Positions 1 through 9,694 of a stretch of 46,461 nucleotides of DNA are shown here, piece after piece. Both the position numbers and the translations under genes were made by a program. The DNA comes from a bacterium (GTDB lineage Bacteria > Zhuqueibacterota > Zhuqueibacteria > Zhuqueibacterales > Zhuqueibacteraceae), in contig JBIOXB010000222.1 of assembly GCA_044869275.1 (NCBI GenBank), positions 1-46,461 on the forward strand, written 5' to 3'. The notes under the pieces were generated by a model. It worked only from the letters and a program-made list of their open reading frames with translations. It searched no databases and was not told where the DNA came from. The first letter of the stretch is position 1; each line of letters opens with the position of its first letter.

Positions 1-1119
1 GCGCCGCGCGAGGCGCCGAGCGCGGGTTTTTCCTGGCTCTATCTCGGCGTGGGCAGACTGGTTCCAACCACGGAGCTGCTCTTTTCTTCTTTGAGCAGCT
101 ATGCCCTGCCCAACCTGATTCAACAATTGGCCAAGCGCCGGGATCCCATCGGCGGTTACGTGCACCAGGAGCGCAAGCGCCGCGTTTCCAGCTTGCGTTA
201 TGAAAACGATCCCGCCGCGCCCGTTTGCAAGTATACGTATGTCACGCGCAACTACATTCTCGGCTCAATGCCCGGCGGAGCACTCTCGCCGCATGGGCAA
301 CCCTCCTGGGGGCTGGTCTATCGCGCGCGCGGCGATCAACGGCCGATTTTGTTCATCACCACGCCCTCCACGCACGGCAGGGATTTGGCGAAATTCCACG
401 CTGCCGAGCCGAGAATATTGGCGGCCGAAGCGAAGACACGTTATGATGCTCCCAATCCCTTGCAATGCTTCGCTGGAACTTCGAATTTCGAGCGCCTTTT
501 TCAGCATCGCAACGTGCTCCTCGGCCTGTATGGCGCGGCGGATACGCTCCAGCCCGTCAAACTGTTGGGTTTCTTGTCGCAAGGCCTGGATACTTTGCTG
601 CTGCCCGTCCGCAGCGATTCCTCCACGGCGCCGGATTGGATTTTCGGCCGGGCGGGAGAAACCTACATTGCCATTCTGCCCCTGCGGCCATTTCATTTCG
701 AAGCGCAAGTGGAGGGGCGGTGGCTCGTTTCCCAAGACCGGCACAACGGCTTTGTGCTCGAAATCAGCACCCCGCTTGAAAGCCTTAATTTTGCCGAGTT
801 TCAGCGCCGTGTACGCCAGGAAACGAAGATCGATCTCAGCCAGTTCACCAGCAAGCTGCGCCTCAAATACACCACGATGTATGGCGATGTCATGGAGTTC
901 GCGTTCAATCCCGTCACTGGTTTCTCCGAGCGGGCTTTAAACGGTAAACCGATTCTGGAAAAAGACTGTGCCTTGTTCGACAGCCCGTTGCTCAAATACT
1001 TCCCCGATGCCAAGCGCGTGGTGCTGCGTTTCAAAAACGAATGGCTGGAATTGGATTGCGACAAATGGGAGATGCAGGAGAACATGAGCACGATCACAGA
1101 AGAGCTGAAGTCACAGTAA
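1..1119 (+). CDS. Hypothetical protein, 5'-truncated by the window edge
   Basis: Frame 1 is open from base 1 to TAA at 1117-1119 and has coding-like composition. No family confidently recognised. Confidence 0.7.
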   Translation, partial: APREAPSAGFSWLYLGVGRLVPTTELLFSSLSSYALPNLIQQLAKRRDPIGGYVHQERKRRVSSLRYENDPAAPVCKYTYVTRNYILGSMPGGALSPHGQPSWGLVYRARGDQRPILFITTPSTHGRDLAKFHAAEPRILAAEAKTRYDAPNPLQCFAGTSNFERLFQHRNVLLGLYGAADTLQPVKLLGFLSQGLDTLLLPVRSDSSTAPDWIFGRAGETYIAILPLRPFHFEAQVEGRWLVSQDRHNGFVLEISTPLESLNFAEFQRRVRQETKIDLSQFTSKLRLKYTTMYGDVMEFAFNPVTGFSERALNGKPILEKDCALFDSPLLKYFPDAKRVVLRFKNEWLELDCDKWEMQENMSTITEELKSQ

Positions 1120-1187
1120 AATTTCATTTTGAAGCTTTGAAAAAAAACCTCCACAGATGGCATGGATTTGCGCCGGGATCTTGCCTC

Positions 1188-3581
1188 TCATTCATATCGC
1201 AACGCTTCCGCAGGATTGGCGAGCGCGGCGCGCAGCGCTTGCGAGCTGACGGTGAGCAGCGCGAGCGCGAGCACCAGGACGCCGCAAAGCAGAAACGTGA
1301 TGAAACCCTGATTCATGTGATAAGCGAAGTTTTGCAACCAGGCATTCATCACCCAGTAGGCAACGGGAACCGCGGCGGCGAAGGCCCAAGCCACGAGCCT
1401 GGCAAATTCTCTGGAAAGCAGGAGCAAAATATCCCGCACCGAGGCCCCGAGCACTTTGCGGATGCCGATCTCCTTGGTGCGTTGCTCCGCGGTAAACGCC
1501 GCCAATCCCAACAAGCCGAGACAGGCGACGAATATCGCCAGCGCGGTAAAGCTGCTGAAGAGCCGGCCCAGCCTCTCCTCCGCGCGGTATAACCGCTCGA
1601 AATCGACGTCGAGAAAAAGCACGTTGCAAGGCAGCTCCGGCTCGAACTGCCGCCATTGCGTTTCGATAAAACTCAAAGTCGCGCGCAGCTCGCCAGGCGC
1701 AAGGCGAATGGCCGCGGTCCACGACCACTCTGGTTTGACATCCAACACCAGCGGCTCAATCTTCTGGTGCAAGGATCTGAAATGAAAATCCTTGACCACG
1801 CCGATGACCTGTCCCGCTTCTTCATCCCACACGTGAAATTGCTTGCCCACGGGATCACCCCAGCCCAATTCCTGCGCCGCGGTTTCATTCAAAATATAAG
1901 CGTGCGTAACGTCCGTGGCGAGGTTCTCGGAAAAATTGCGCCCTTGCACCAGCTCCAGGCCCAAAGCCTCCAATGAATGGGCATCGGCGAACATCGTAAA
2001 GAAACTGCGGCTTTCTTTACCTTCACTTCCCTTTTCCTGTCCTGGCCATTTGTAGTCCCGGCTCGTACCCACCCGGCCTGGTATGGTCCCCAAAGCGACC
2101 TGCTTGATACTTGCATAAGCTAGCAATTGACTGCGAAAGGCTGCAAAATGTTCCTTCACCGCGCCGCTCAAGCCGACAAAAACGACCTGCTCCTTGTCAA
2201 AGCCCAGATCGCGTGTTTTCATGTATTGCAGTTGATTATAGACCGTGGCCATGGCGATCAGCAAGAACACCGAAATGCCGAACTGCGCCATGATCAAGGC
2301 TTTGCGCAATCGCGCGCCTTTGACGCCCTGCGTTGCCAGTCTTTTCAGAACGGTGATGGGTTCGAACGAGGAAAGCACCATGGCGGGATAAATTCCGGCG
2401 AGGATTCCGGCCAGCAGTCCGAGGCCAATGAGCAGAAGCAATAATGCCAAGTCGCCGAACACGTGCAGTTCGATTTCCCGCTCCAGCAGATTGCTTAAAA
2501 CCGGTGCGAAAATCTGCAACAGACTTACGGCCAAAATCATGGCGAACACACTGGCTAAAAGCGATTCGCCGAACATCTGCAGCATCACTTGCCGTCGTGC
2601 GGCCCCCGCCGCTTTGCGCACGCCGACTTCCTTGGCGCGTAGTGTGGCGCGGGCGGTGGCCAGATTCACAAAGTTGATGCTGGCAATCAGCAGAATCAAG
2701 AATGCCACCGCCGAAAATATATACAAGTATTTCTTATCACTGTTCGTGCCGATGTCCCATTTGACGTTGGTGGTGAGATGAATGTCACGCACGGGCTGCA
2801 AAGTTAGCAAAGTGTTGTTCGCCGTTTCTTCACCGCGATACTTGCGCAGGAAATCAGAAAAGCGAGAAGCCAGCTGTTGTGGTGCAACGCCGGGGCGCAG
2901 CAAAACATAGGTGTAATAATTGAAATTGGTGTATTCCTCGAGCGCGTTTTCTCCCATGAAAGCTTTGATCGTGCTGAAGGACACCACATGATCGAATTGC
3001 AGATGCGAATGGCTCGGGAGATTCTCCAAAATACCGGTAATGTGCAGCGCCAGTTTCTGGTTGCCGCGTAAATAGAACAAGGTTTTGCCGAGCGGATCCT
3101 CATTTCCGAACCACGCCTGCGCCTGCGCCGCCGTGAGCAAGACGGTATTGGGCGCGGTCAAAGCCGTTGCAGGATTGCCGCGCAGCAGCCGGAAATCAAA
3201 CACCTCCAAAACCGAGGCATCGGCGAAAACCAATCCATTGACCGTCCGCACTTCGGAGGCCGACTTGAGGTTGGCCGGTCCCGCGTTGGTAAAAAAGCGC
3301 ACTGCCTGCTCGACTTCGGGAAACTCCTGCAACAGATGCGGGGCGTAAGCCGATGCGCTGATCGCAGAACGAGCACCCGGATCTTCCTTCGCGGCATGCA
3401 ACAAGCGGTAAATGCGCGGCGCCTTCAGGTGGAAATCATCGTAGCTCAGCTCGTGCCTTACAAAGAGAATGATAAAGAAGCAGCAAGCCAGCCCCAGCGC
3501 CAGTCCGGTGATGTTGATGGCAGTATAGCCGCTGTGTTTGAGCAAATTTCTGAGCGCGATTTTGAGGTAGTTTTTGAACAT
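1188..3581 (-). CDS. ABC transporter permease, MacB/FtsX type with duplicated permease domains
   Basis: Start MFKNYLKIALRNL with GGAG/AGGA RBS. Motifs INFVNLATARATLRAKEVGVRK and EQRTKEIGIRKVLGAS, ending ANPAEALRYE. Multiple TM segments. Confidence 0.93.
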   Translation of the reverse strand: MFKNYLKIALRNLLKHSGYTAINITGLALGLACCFFIILFVRHELSYDDFHLKAPRIYRLLHAAKEDPGARSAISASAYAPHLLQEFPEVEQAVRFFTNAGPANLKSASEVRTVNGLVFADASVLEVFDFRLLRGNPATALTAPNTVLLTAAQAQAWFGNEDPLGKTLFYLRGNQKLALHITGILENLPSHSHLQFDHVVSFSTIKAFMGENALEEYTNFNYYTYVLLRPGVAPQQLASRFSDFLRKYRGEETANNTLLTLQPVRDIHLTTNVKWDIGTNSDKKYLYIFSAVAFLILLIASINFVNLATARATLRAKEVGVRKAAGAARRQVMLQMFGESLLASVFAMILAVSLLQIFAPVLSNLLEREIELHVFGDLALLLLLIGLGLLAGILAGIYPAMVLSSFEPITVLKRLATQGVKGARLRKALIMAQFGISVFLLIAMATVYNQLQYMKTRDLGFDKEQVVFVGLSGAVKEHFAAFRSQLLAYASIKQVALGTIPGRVGTSRDYKWPGQEKGSEGKESRSFFTMFADAHSLEALGLELVQGRNFSENLATDVTHAYILNETAAQELGWGDPVGKQFHVWDEEAGQVIGVVKDFHFRSLHQKIEPLVLDVKPEWSWTAAIRLAPGELRATLSFIETQWRQFEPELPCNVLFLDVDFERLYRAEERLGRLFSSFTALAIFVACLGLLGLAAFTAEQRTKEIGIRKVLGASVRDILLLLSREFARLVAWAFAAAVPVAYWVMNAWLQNFAYHMNQGFITFLLCGVLVLALALLTVSSQALRAALANPAEALRYE

Positions 3582-3639
3582 GAGTCCTGCTCCCTTCACT
3601 TTTTGATGCTTAGACAGGCGAGGTCAGCCTTTGGTTGCA

Positions 3640-4233
3640 TGTCCCACCCCGTGCTTCATACCTGCGAGCCAGCCCGCGCCTTTGCTTTATGCAGAGTATA
3701 TCGCGCGTTTTGTCGAGGAAGCCGGTTTGATGTGCGACGGTTTTTCCTTTCAAGCCGGAGCGGGCGGAACCAGCCTGGCTTTTGCGCAATTTTTGAAAGA
3801 AAGAAAGAAAGAACGAGAGCCCGAAACGTCAAGGCGCGTTTCGTGCGCGGCGGCAGCACGAAATATCTGGCGCAATTACTGGAGGAGGGCTTGACGGACT
3901 ACATTTTGGATGGGCAAGCTTTTGATCAGGAAGGCGTGCGCCTGCTGCGGGATAATGCGCGGCATGTGAACACCACAGCCCGCTGACGAGTTATAACTAT
4001 CACGGCAAAGGCAATTTCGCGGCATTGCGATCAATCCGTTACGGCAGGATTTGGCTTCAGCGCTATCGCATTCTTCCCTTCCGCTGCGTTCTTTGCGACA
4101 AATCCAGCAAGAAGTTTATGGCATTTGCGGCGGCCCACCGGCCCAACCGAAAATAGATCGCCAGCATCCCATTGCAGCGGTAAAATGGGTTGACGGCACG
4201 GTGCTGGATACGATCTACCGCGTCATGGAATAG
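3640..4233 (+). pseudogene. citF: Citrate lyase alpha chain (citrate CoA-transferase) remnant with frameshifts and an internal deletion
   Basis: CitF-like peptides lie in different frames: GFSFQAGAGGTSLA, ARFVRGGSTKYL..DGQAFD, SYNYHGKGNFA (~3989-4020), then C-terminal AAVKWVDGTVLDTIYRV. No N-terminus is present. Confidence 0.75.
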
Positions 4234-4329
4234 TCCGGTCGTCAATAATGTCGTTCATTCGTTTCGAATGACCTGATGTACCCCATGAAATTGATGGAGG
4301 AGTCTGCTTCGTTCTTCCATCGCCGCTGC

Positions 4330-4563
4330 TTATTTCCCTCTCCGCGCTGTGCGCGCGACTTTCTTCTTCCTGCCTGCTGTTTTCCCTTTAGTACCCGCCT
4401 TTTTGCGCACCGCAGCTTTTTTCTTGCCAGCCCTCCCGCTGAGTGCGGTGAACAAGTCATCGTCTCCGCGTCTGAGGCGTCCCTGACTGGGCCTGGGTTG
4501 AAGCTTGACGCCGCCGCGATCCTTGCTTTTATGTACGGTGCGTTTTTTTCTTGTTCCGGCCAT
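4330..4563 (-). CDS. 77-aa Lys/Arg-rich microprotein (histone H1-like composition)
   Basis: AAGGAGG RBS (4570-4576) 6 nt before ATG 4563, 36 nt downstream of the CHAT gene. 29/77 residues are K or R. Confidence 0.7.
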   Translation of the reverse strand: MAGTRKKRTVHKSKDRGGVKLQPRPSQGRLRRGDDDLFTALSGRAGKKKAAVRKKAGTKGKTAGRKKKVARTARRGK

Positions 4564-4598
4564 GGTCATCCTCCTTGAAGTGTTTTGTTTTTGACTGG

Positions 4599-7592
4599 TC
4601 ATACCGGCCCGCGCACGACGCGCTGATTGCAATACATTTCAAATACCGCCCAGAAATAGGGCAAGGCCACACGCCCGCGCGCATGCTGGGACAATTCCGA
4701 AATTGCTGCTATTTTGGCGCGATGCAGTGCCGTTGCCGGATCGGCGCCGCCTTGCAACTCGCGATAAAAATCGGCGATGATCGGCAGGGATTGCCAATCA
4801 TCATTTTTCCACAGCGTCGCGATCACCACCGCCACCCGCTGCAGGGCAAAAAGCCGGACCATGCTCAGCGCGCCTTCACCATGGACGACCCGCCCGCTGG
4901 CAGTTTCGCAGCCGTTTAAAAAAGTCAGCCAGACGCCCGCCAGCTCCAGCTCCAATAATTGTCGCGCAAACACGCGCTGCGTTTGCGGAGAAACGCCGGT
5001 CGCCGTTGGCGCGCTCAGTTCCAGGTATGAATTCAAGGGTCGGACCGGATCCGCGAGCGCATGCAAAGACAGATGCAAGATTTCCGTGCCGTGGCGCAAT
5101 TCTTCCTGCAGCGCGGTGAAGCGCGCGTGCTCGCGTTGCAGCATTTTGTGATGGGGAAACGATTCCGCGATCAGGATTTTCTCCTCCTGCGCCGCAGGAA
5201 AATCTCCGGCAGGATTGCTCACGATCAACATGCGCTGGCCGGCGATTTCCGGGATCGGACGCGGCGAGCGCCAGCCTTGCGACAGCATCGCCAGACTCGG
5301 CGCCCGCAGCAAGATACACTCTTCTTCCCAAAAACGGTCGCGTGGCGTAACCAATGCGCCGAACGGGAGGAGATGCAGTGCGCCGTCCGGGATGAGATAA
5401 ACCATTTCGCCTGCCGGCACTCCCTCCTGCAACGGTGCCACGACGCTTTGAAACAACTCGCGGCCGAGACGGCGATTCTCCTCATAAACGGCCACGGCAT
5501 TCCGTGCAACGCGATTGGCGAAGCTGCCCACTTCTATTGCGCCGAGACTCTCCCGGAACTTTTGCACGGCCGCGGTAAGCGCGGCTTGCGCGACCGGCAG
5601 CTTGCGGCAGATGAGGCTGCTTTTTCCAATCACCCACGCGACCAAAGTATCCGCCGTGAGGCGGTAAATCATGATGCAGCTTTTCGCCGGCAACGCTTGC
5701 TGCATTTGAGGCACGGTGAAGACCGCGGAACTCGGCACAAGCTCGCGTTCTTGTGCGGTGGGGCCGAGGCTTTCCAGCAGTGCGCGGGCGCGGGCGCGTT
5801 CGGAGAATTGCAACGCGCGTTCGTCTTGTCCCGAGGCCAGCGCCAGCAAAATCGCTTCATCGAAAATGTCCTGCGCCGGCGCGAAGAACTGCATGCGCGA
5901 GCTGTCGCGTGCGATGCTGTGAAAGCGCTGTTCCAAGGCGGCGATCGCTTGCTCGAACAAATCGAGCGCCGCCGCCGCATGCTGCCGTTGCTGCTCCAAA
6001 CGGGCACGGCAAAAATATATCTGCGTCAACAAATCCGGCTCGCGCAGGTCCCGCGCGATCTTTTCGGCGAGAGCCAAACAGGAATCTGCCGGGCCCGCGG
6101 TTCGGCCAGCCAAAGCCCATCGCGCTTGGCCGAGCAACGCACCAGCCTGGCCGTATTGAAATCCGACTTCTTGCGCCCGGTCCAGGGCCTCCGCAAAACT
6201 GCTCCCCGCGTGCGGGAAATCGCCTTGCTGCAGCTGCAAATTTCCCATCAAGATTAAAGCCTGCACCAGCGCACGCGGCTCGTCATTCTGCCGCATCTGC
6301 GCAACCGCTTGCGCCAGCGCTGCTTCCGCCTGCGGCAAGCGCTCGAACCTGGCATGGATCAAACCCAGATTCATATGCGACCAGCCCGTCCGCCGCCCAT
6401 TGTGCTCGCGCTCATGAATCGCCAGTGCCTTCTCCTCCGTGGCCAAAGCATTCTGATCATCGCCTTGTTCGAGATGCAACAAGGACAATGTGCTATAAGC
6501 CGAGGCGACATTCGAGGCGTTTTGATTTCGATCAAACACTGCAACAGCGCGCTCGAGGTATTCCTGCGCCAGGCCATATTCGCCACGATCGAAGTGCATT
6601 TGCCCTTGCAGCAATAAAATGTCGCCTTGATAAAAGTGCTCGGCGTCGAGCGCGGCCGCGGCTTGCAGCGCGGCTTCAGCTGCGCGATACCTTTCGCTAT
6701 CGTAAAAAATGCGCGCGTGATAGAGATGGCTGTCGCGCTGCGTGCGCCAATCGCGCAGTTCTTCGGCCGTGCGCAGGGCCTGCTGCGCGCATGCCAGGGC
6801 GCGTTCGTCGTGTCCGCGAATGCGCTCGGCATCTGCAATTTTGTTGAGCGCCTGCGCTTGCAACCAGCGATAGCCGATCTTCGCGGCGAATGCCGCGCAT
6901 CTTTCCCCCTCCCGCACCACGGCGGCATATTCTTCCCTGGCCACTTGAATGTCGAGAAGGGCAAAATCGATATCTGCCACCGAGAGAGAATCGCCGATCA
7001 GCAGCATCGCTGCTCGCGCTTCTTGCAGCACGGTCACCGCGGCAGCATAATCCTGGCGCTGAATGTGCAGACGGCCGCGCAGAAAAGAGAACAAGGCGGT
7101 GGTGCGGATGCTTTTTTCACTTTCATTCAGGCTCTGAATTTTTTGCAGGTGGGTTTGCAGCAACGCGTCGCGCAGAAACTCGGTTAAATCCTCTGCCATG
7201 AGAGCCACGGAGCCCATTTGCGCGATGGCCTCGGCCTGTTGCTTTCGATAAAAGTCGAGCTGCGCCAGCTCCACCAAGCGCAAGCCCAGGGATTGCAGCG
7301 GCCAGTAATTTTCATTCATCCAATGCGCCAGCGCGCCGCTGCGGCGGGAGGGCGCCGCCTGGCGCAAGGTACTCCAGGCTTGCAGGGTTTTTTCATCGGC
7401 GCTATCCAATGAAAAAGCCTGCAGTGCTTCTTGCAGGCCGGTGTTCGGGCCGGAACTTGAAAACGCGCCATTTTCTGGTCCCATATGATCCTCCTTCGCC
7501 TGATCACCCTCCTGCGCTTGCTGGCAAAACAGGCACAGACTGGCCATGCTGCCGCAGAGCAGCCGGCACAGGAAGCTCGAGCCCCGCCTCAT
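4599..7592 (-). CDS. TPR-CHAT domain protein (caspase HetF/separase-like cysteine protease), probably exported
   Basis: Long TPR array followed by CHAT motifs LIPDGALHLLPFGAL, ILHLSLHA (His), FLNGCETASG (Cys), ATLWK and PYFWAVF. ATG 7592 overlaps the anti-sigma stop (ATGA). N-terminus MRRGSSFLCRLLCGSMASLCLFC is signal-like. Confidence 0.9.
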   Translation of the reverse strand: MRRGSSFLCRLLCGSMASLCLFCQQAQEGDQAKEDHMGPENGAFSSSGPNTGLQEALQAFSLDSADEKTLQAWSTLRQAAPSRRSGALAHWMNENYWPLQSLGLRLVELAQLDFYRKQQAEAIAQMGSVALMAEDLTEFLRDALLQTHLQKIQSLNESEKSIRTTALFSFLRGRLHIQRQDYAAAVTVLQEARAAMLLIGDSLSVADIDFALLDIQVAREEYAAVVREGERCAAFAAKIGYRWLQAQALNKIADAERIRGHDERALACAQQALRTAEELRDWRTQRDSHLYHARIFYDSERYRAAEAALQAAAALDAEHFYQGDILLLQGQMHFDRGEYGLAQEYLERAVAVFDRNQNASNVASAYSTLSLLHLEQGDDQNALATEEKALAIHEREHNGRRTGWSHMNLGLIHARFERLPQAEAALAQAVAQMRQNDEPRALVQALILMGNLQLQQGDFPHAGSSFAEALDRAQEVGFQYGQAGALLGQARWALAGRTAGPADSCLALAEKIARDLREPDLLTQIYFCRARLEQQRQHAAAALDLFEQAIAALEQRFHSIARDSSRMQFFAPAQDIFDEAILLALASGQDERALQFSERARARALLESLGPTAQERELVPSSAVFTVPQMQQALPAKSCIMIYRLTADTLVAWVIGKSSLICRKLPVAQAALTAAVQKFRESLGAIEVGSFANRVARNAVAVYEENRRLGRELFQSVVAPLQEGVPAGEMVYLIPDGALHLLPFGALVTPRDRFWEEECILLRAPSLAMLSQGWRSPRPIPEIAGQRMLIVSNPAGDFPAAQEEKILIAESFPHHKMLQREHARFTALQEELRHGTEILHLSLHALADPVRPLNSYLELSAPTATGVSPQTQRVFARQLLELELAGVWLTFLNGCETASGRVVHGEGALSMVRLFALQRVAVVIATLWKNDDWQSLPIIADFYRELQGGADPATALHRAKIAAISELSQHARGRVALPYFWAVFEMYCNQRVVRGPV

Positions 7593-8599
7593 GGCTGCTC
7601 GAGCTTGCGCAAATGCTCCCGTGCGGCCTGGCTCCAAGGTGACGCCGGGTCACGGCGCAGATATTCTTGCCAGGACGCTATCGCTTCGGTGCGCCGCCGC
7701 AATCTGGTGAGCAATAGTGCGCGGTTGAACGCGGCTTCGTGGTAATCCGGCCGGTGGCGCAACGCCGCCGCAAAGGCTGCCAGCGCGGCGTGGTGTTGTT
7801 CCAGGCGTGCCCAAACGATGCCACGCTGATTCCAAGCTGCTGCATCCGTGGAGTCGCGCTGCAGCAATATTTGCAGGAGGCTGTCGGCCTGCGCCATTCT
7901 GCCGGAAAACGAGGCAACCAAAGCCAGGCCTAACATTGCTTCGCGGTTTTGGCCGTCGCGTGCGAGCACGCTTTCAAATGCCTGCACCGCCACTCCGGCA
8001 GCGGGCACCGGCTCGTGGCCATGCGGCAGCGAAAGGGGGCTGGGATCAAACTCCCCCACCGGGCGAAAATCGTTGTCACTGACTCTCCAGCCTTCTTTTA
8101 CCGCCTCATAACCGCGTGCGAGGCTGCCGTGAATTTGCCGGCTGACATAGAGCCGGTATCCGCCCACTGCAGCGAGCACGAGAAAAGCCAGTACGGCCGT
8201 GGCAAACGCTGGCCTCCAGACCGGCTCGCGGATGAGGGTGCTCAACCGCTCCCACAAACTCGGGGAGGGCGCAAAGATCTCCGAATCTTCTTGCGACAAA
8301 TGCGGGAAGCGCGCCAGCGTCTGTGGCACCTGCGCGCTGCTCTCGAACGGCGGCAGCGATTGCAGGAGTTTGCGCTCTGCTTCCGTCACTTCTGCCGCAG
8401 CCAAGCGGAGGAGAGCGGCCAGCTCGCGGCGGCAGCGATCGCAATGCGCCAAATGCTTTTGCGCACGCTGGTTCTGTTCCGCGCTCAATTCACCAGTGGT
8501 AAATTTGCCGATCTCTTCGACATCCAAATGCGAAGCGGGAGAGCCCTCAGTGGTATCTTCTTTTATGTGTCTTTGCCTTTCATTCATGGTGTCACTCAC
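7589..8599 (-). CDS. zf-HC2 anti-sigma factor with a single TM helix and C-terminal TPRs
   Basis: HL...HLAHCDRCRREL (HxxxCxxC). TM segment AFATAVLAFLVLAAVGGY. TPR motifs AAWNQRGIV and EAAFNRALL. Start could be 8587. Confidence 0.88.
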   Translation of the reverse strand: MSDTMNERQRHIKEDTTEGSPASHLDVEEIGKFTTGELSAEQNQRAQKHLAHCDRCRRELAALLRLAAAEVTEAERKLLQSLPPFESSAQVPQTLARFPHLSQEDSEIFAPSPSLWERLSTLIREPVWRPAFATAVLAFLVLAAVGGYRLYVSRQIHGSLARGYEAVKEGWRVSDNDFRPVGEFDPSPLSLPHGHEPVPAAGVAVQAFESVLARDGQNREAMLGLALVASFSGRMAQADSLLQILLQRDSTDAAAWNQRGIVWARLEQHHAALAAFAAALRHRPDYHEAAFNRALLLTRLRRRTEAIASWQEYLRRDPASPWSQAAREHLRKLEQP

Positions 8600-8687
8600 C
8601 GTTGTGCGCTGCCATGAAAGGTTCGCGCTGAAAAGATGGGGCAGTGCTGCCTATACTGCAAAAGACAATCACAAGCGCTAACTTCGC

Positions 8688-9464
8688 TCACTCGGCGCCT
8701 AAAATATTTTGCAATTTCATGCGCATCCGGCTGAGTTGATTCTCCACGGCGCGCGGCGTAAGGTTCATCCCCACGATGCCGGCGATGTCGGCCGCGTTGC
8801 AGCCCTCATACGCGTACAGCTTGAACGCCAGCTTGTTGCGGTCTTTATTCCGCCCGCGCAGCACGCGGTCCAGCGCGCCGTCGAGGCTCAAACGCTCGAG
8901 GATATGTTTCAGGCCGGGATCTTCGATGGGCGGGTCAGGAAATTCGCCGTCCGGCACGCGCACGACAATCTTGCGACGGCGCATTTCATTGAGCGCGACA
9001 CTCACCGCTACGCGGCGCAAATAGGCGCGCGCTTCGCCTTCGGAATGGCCGCGGAAAGCGCGCAGCGCACGCCGGTCGTGATACAACAGGCGGCAATAGA
9101 CGTTTTGCAGGACATCCGGGAAATGCTCTTGAAATTTTGCGCTGGAGGGGAAACCGATTACACGGCAAATTCCCGCCCTCAAGTCCTGGCCATAGCGCCG
9201 GTCGAATTCCTTCCAAGCCGATTCTTCGGGCGGTACCACGGCGCACCAGCGGAACAATTCCTGCGGAGACAATGCGGCGGCCTGCAGCAGCGTGAGCGAT
9301 ACGACGGTAAGAACCCCGGTGGCGGCTTGGACTGCAGAAAATTCGCCCAGTAAAAGGAGCAGAAGAAAAGGAAGGAATCCCAGCACGCCAATGCAATGAA
9401 AGGCTGAATGTGAAAAAAGCCGGTCCCTCAGCATGGCGAATTCCCGAGCCGAATGAGGCTTCAT
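8688..9464 (-). CDS. ECF-type RNA polymerase sigma-70 factor
   Basis: Region 2-like AWKEFDRRY..DVLQNVYCRL..AYLRRVAVSVALNEMRRR and region 4 HTH EGCNAADIAGIVG..AVENQLSRMRMKL. Lies upstream of the zf-HC2 gene. Start uncertain. Confidence 0.85.
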   Translation of the reverse strand: MKPHSAREFAMLRDRLFSHSAFHCIGVLGFLPFLLLLLLGEFSAVQAATGVLTVVSLTLLQAAALSPQELFRWCAVVPPEESAWKEFDRRYGQDLRAGICRVIGFPSSAKFQEHFPDVLQNVYCRLLYHDRRALRAFRGHSEGEARAYLRRVAVSVALNEMRRRKIVVRVPDGEFPDPPIEDPGLKHILERLSLDGALDRVLRGRNKDRNKLAFKLYAYEGCNAADIAGIVGMNLTPRAVENQLSRMRMKLQNILGAE

Positions 9465-9694
9465 GCGAAGAGTAACGTGACCAAAACCATCACCGCGTCT
9501 TGGCGTGAAAGTTTTTTCCTGACGCCGCCTTCACGCGAAAGACCGAAAAACGGCGGAGGGCTAAGAAATTTTTGGCAGCAGCGTTCGAACTGAATCGCGA
9601 ATGGTGGGAAAGCGAGCTACGAGTCGCGCGACGAGATAGTATCTAAAAACTCTGCTCCATTGTCAAGGCATTTTTCGCGGGAGAAAAGCGGGGA

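Noticed and set aside
4599..9464. Type III-E CRISPR Craspase locus
   Set aside because: TPR-CHAT and a sigma are present, but there is no Cas7-11, Csx30/31 or array, and the anti-sigma is a membrane zf-HC2 type.
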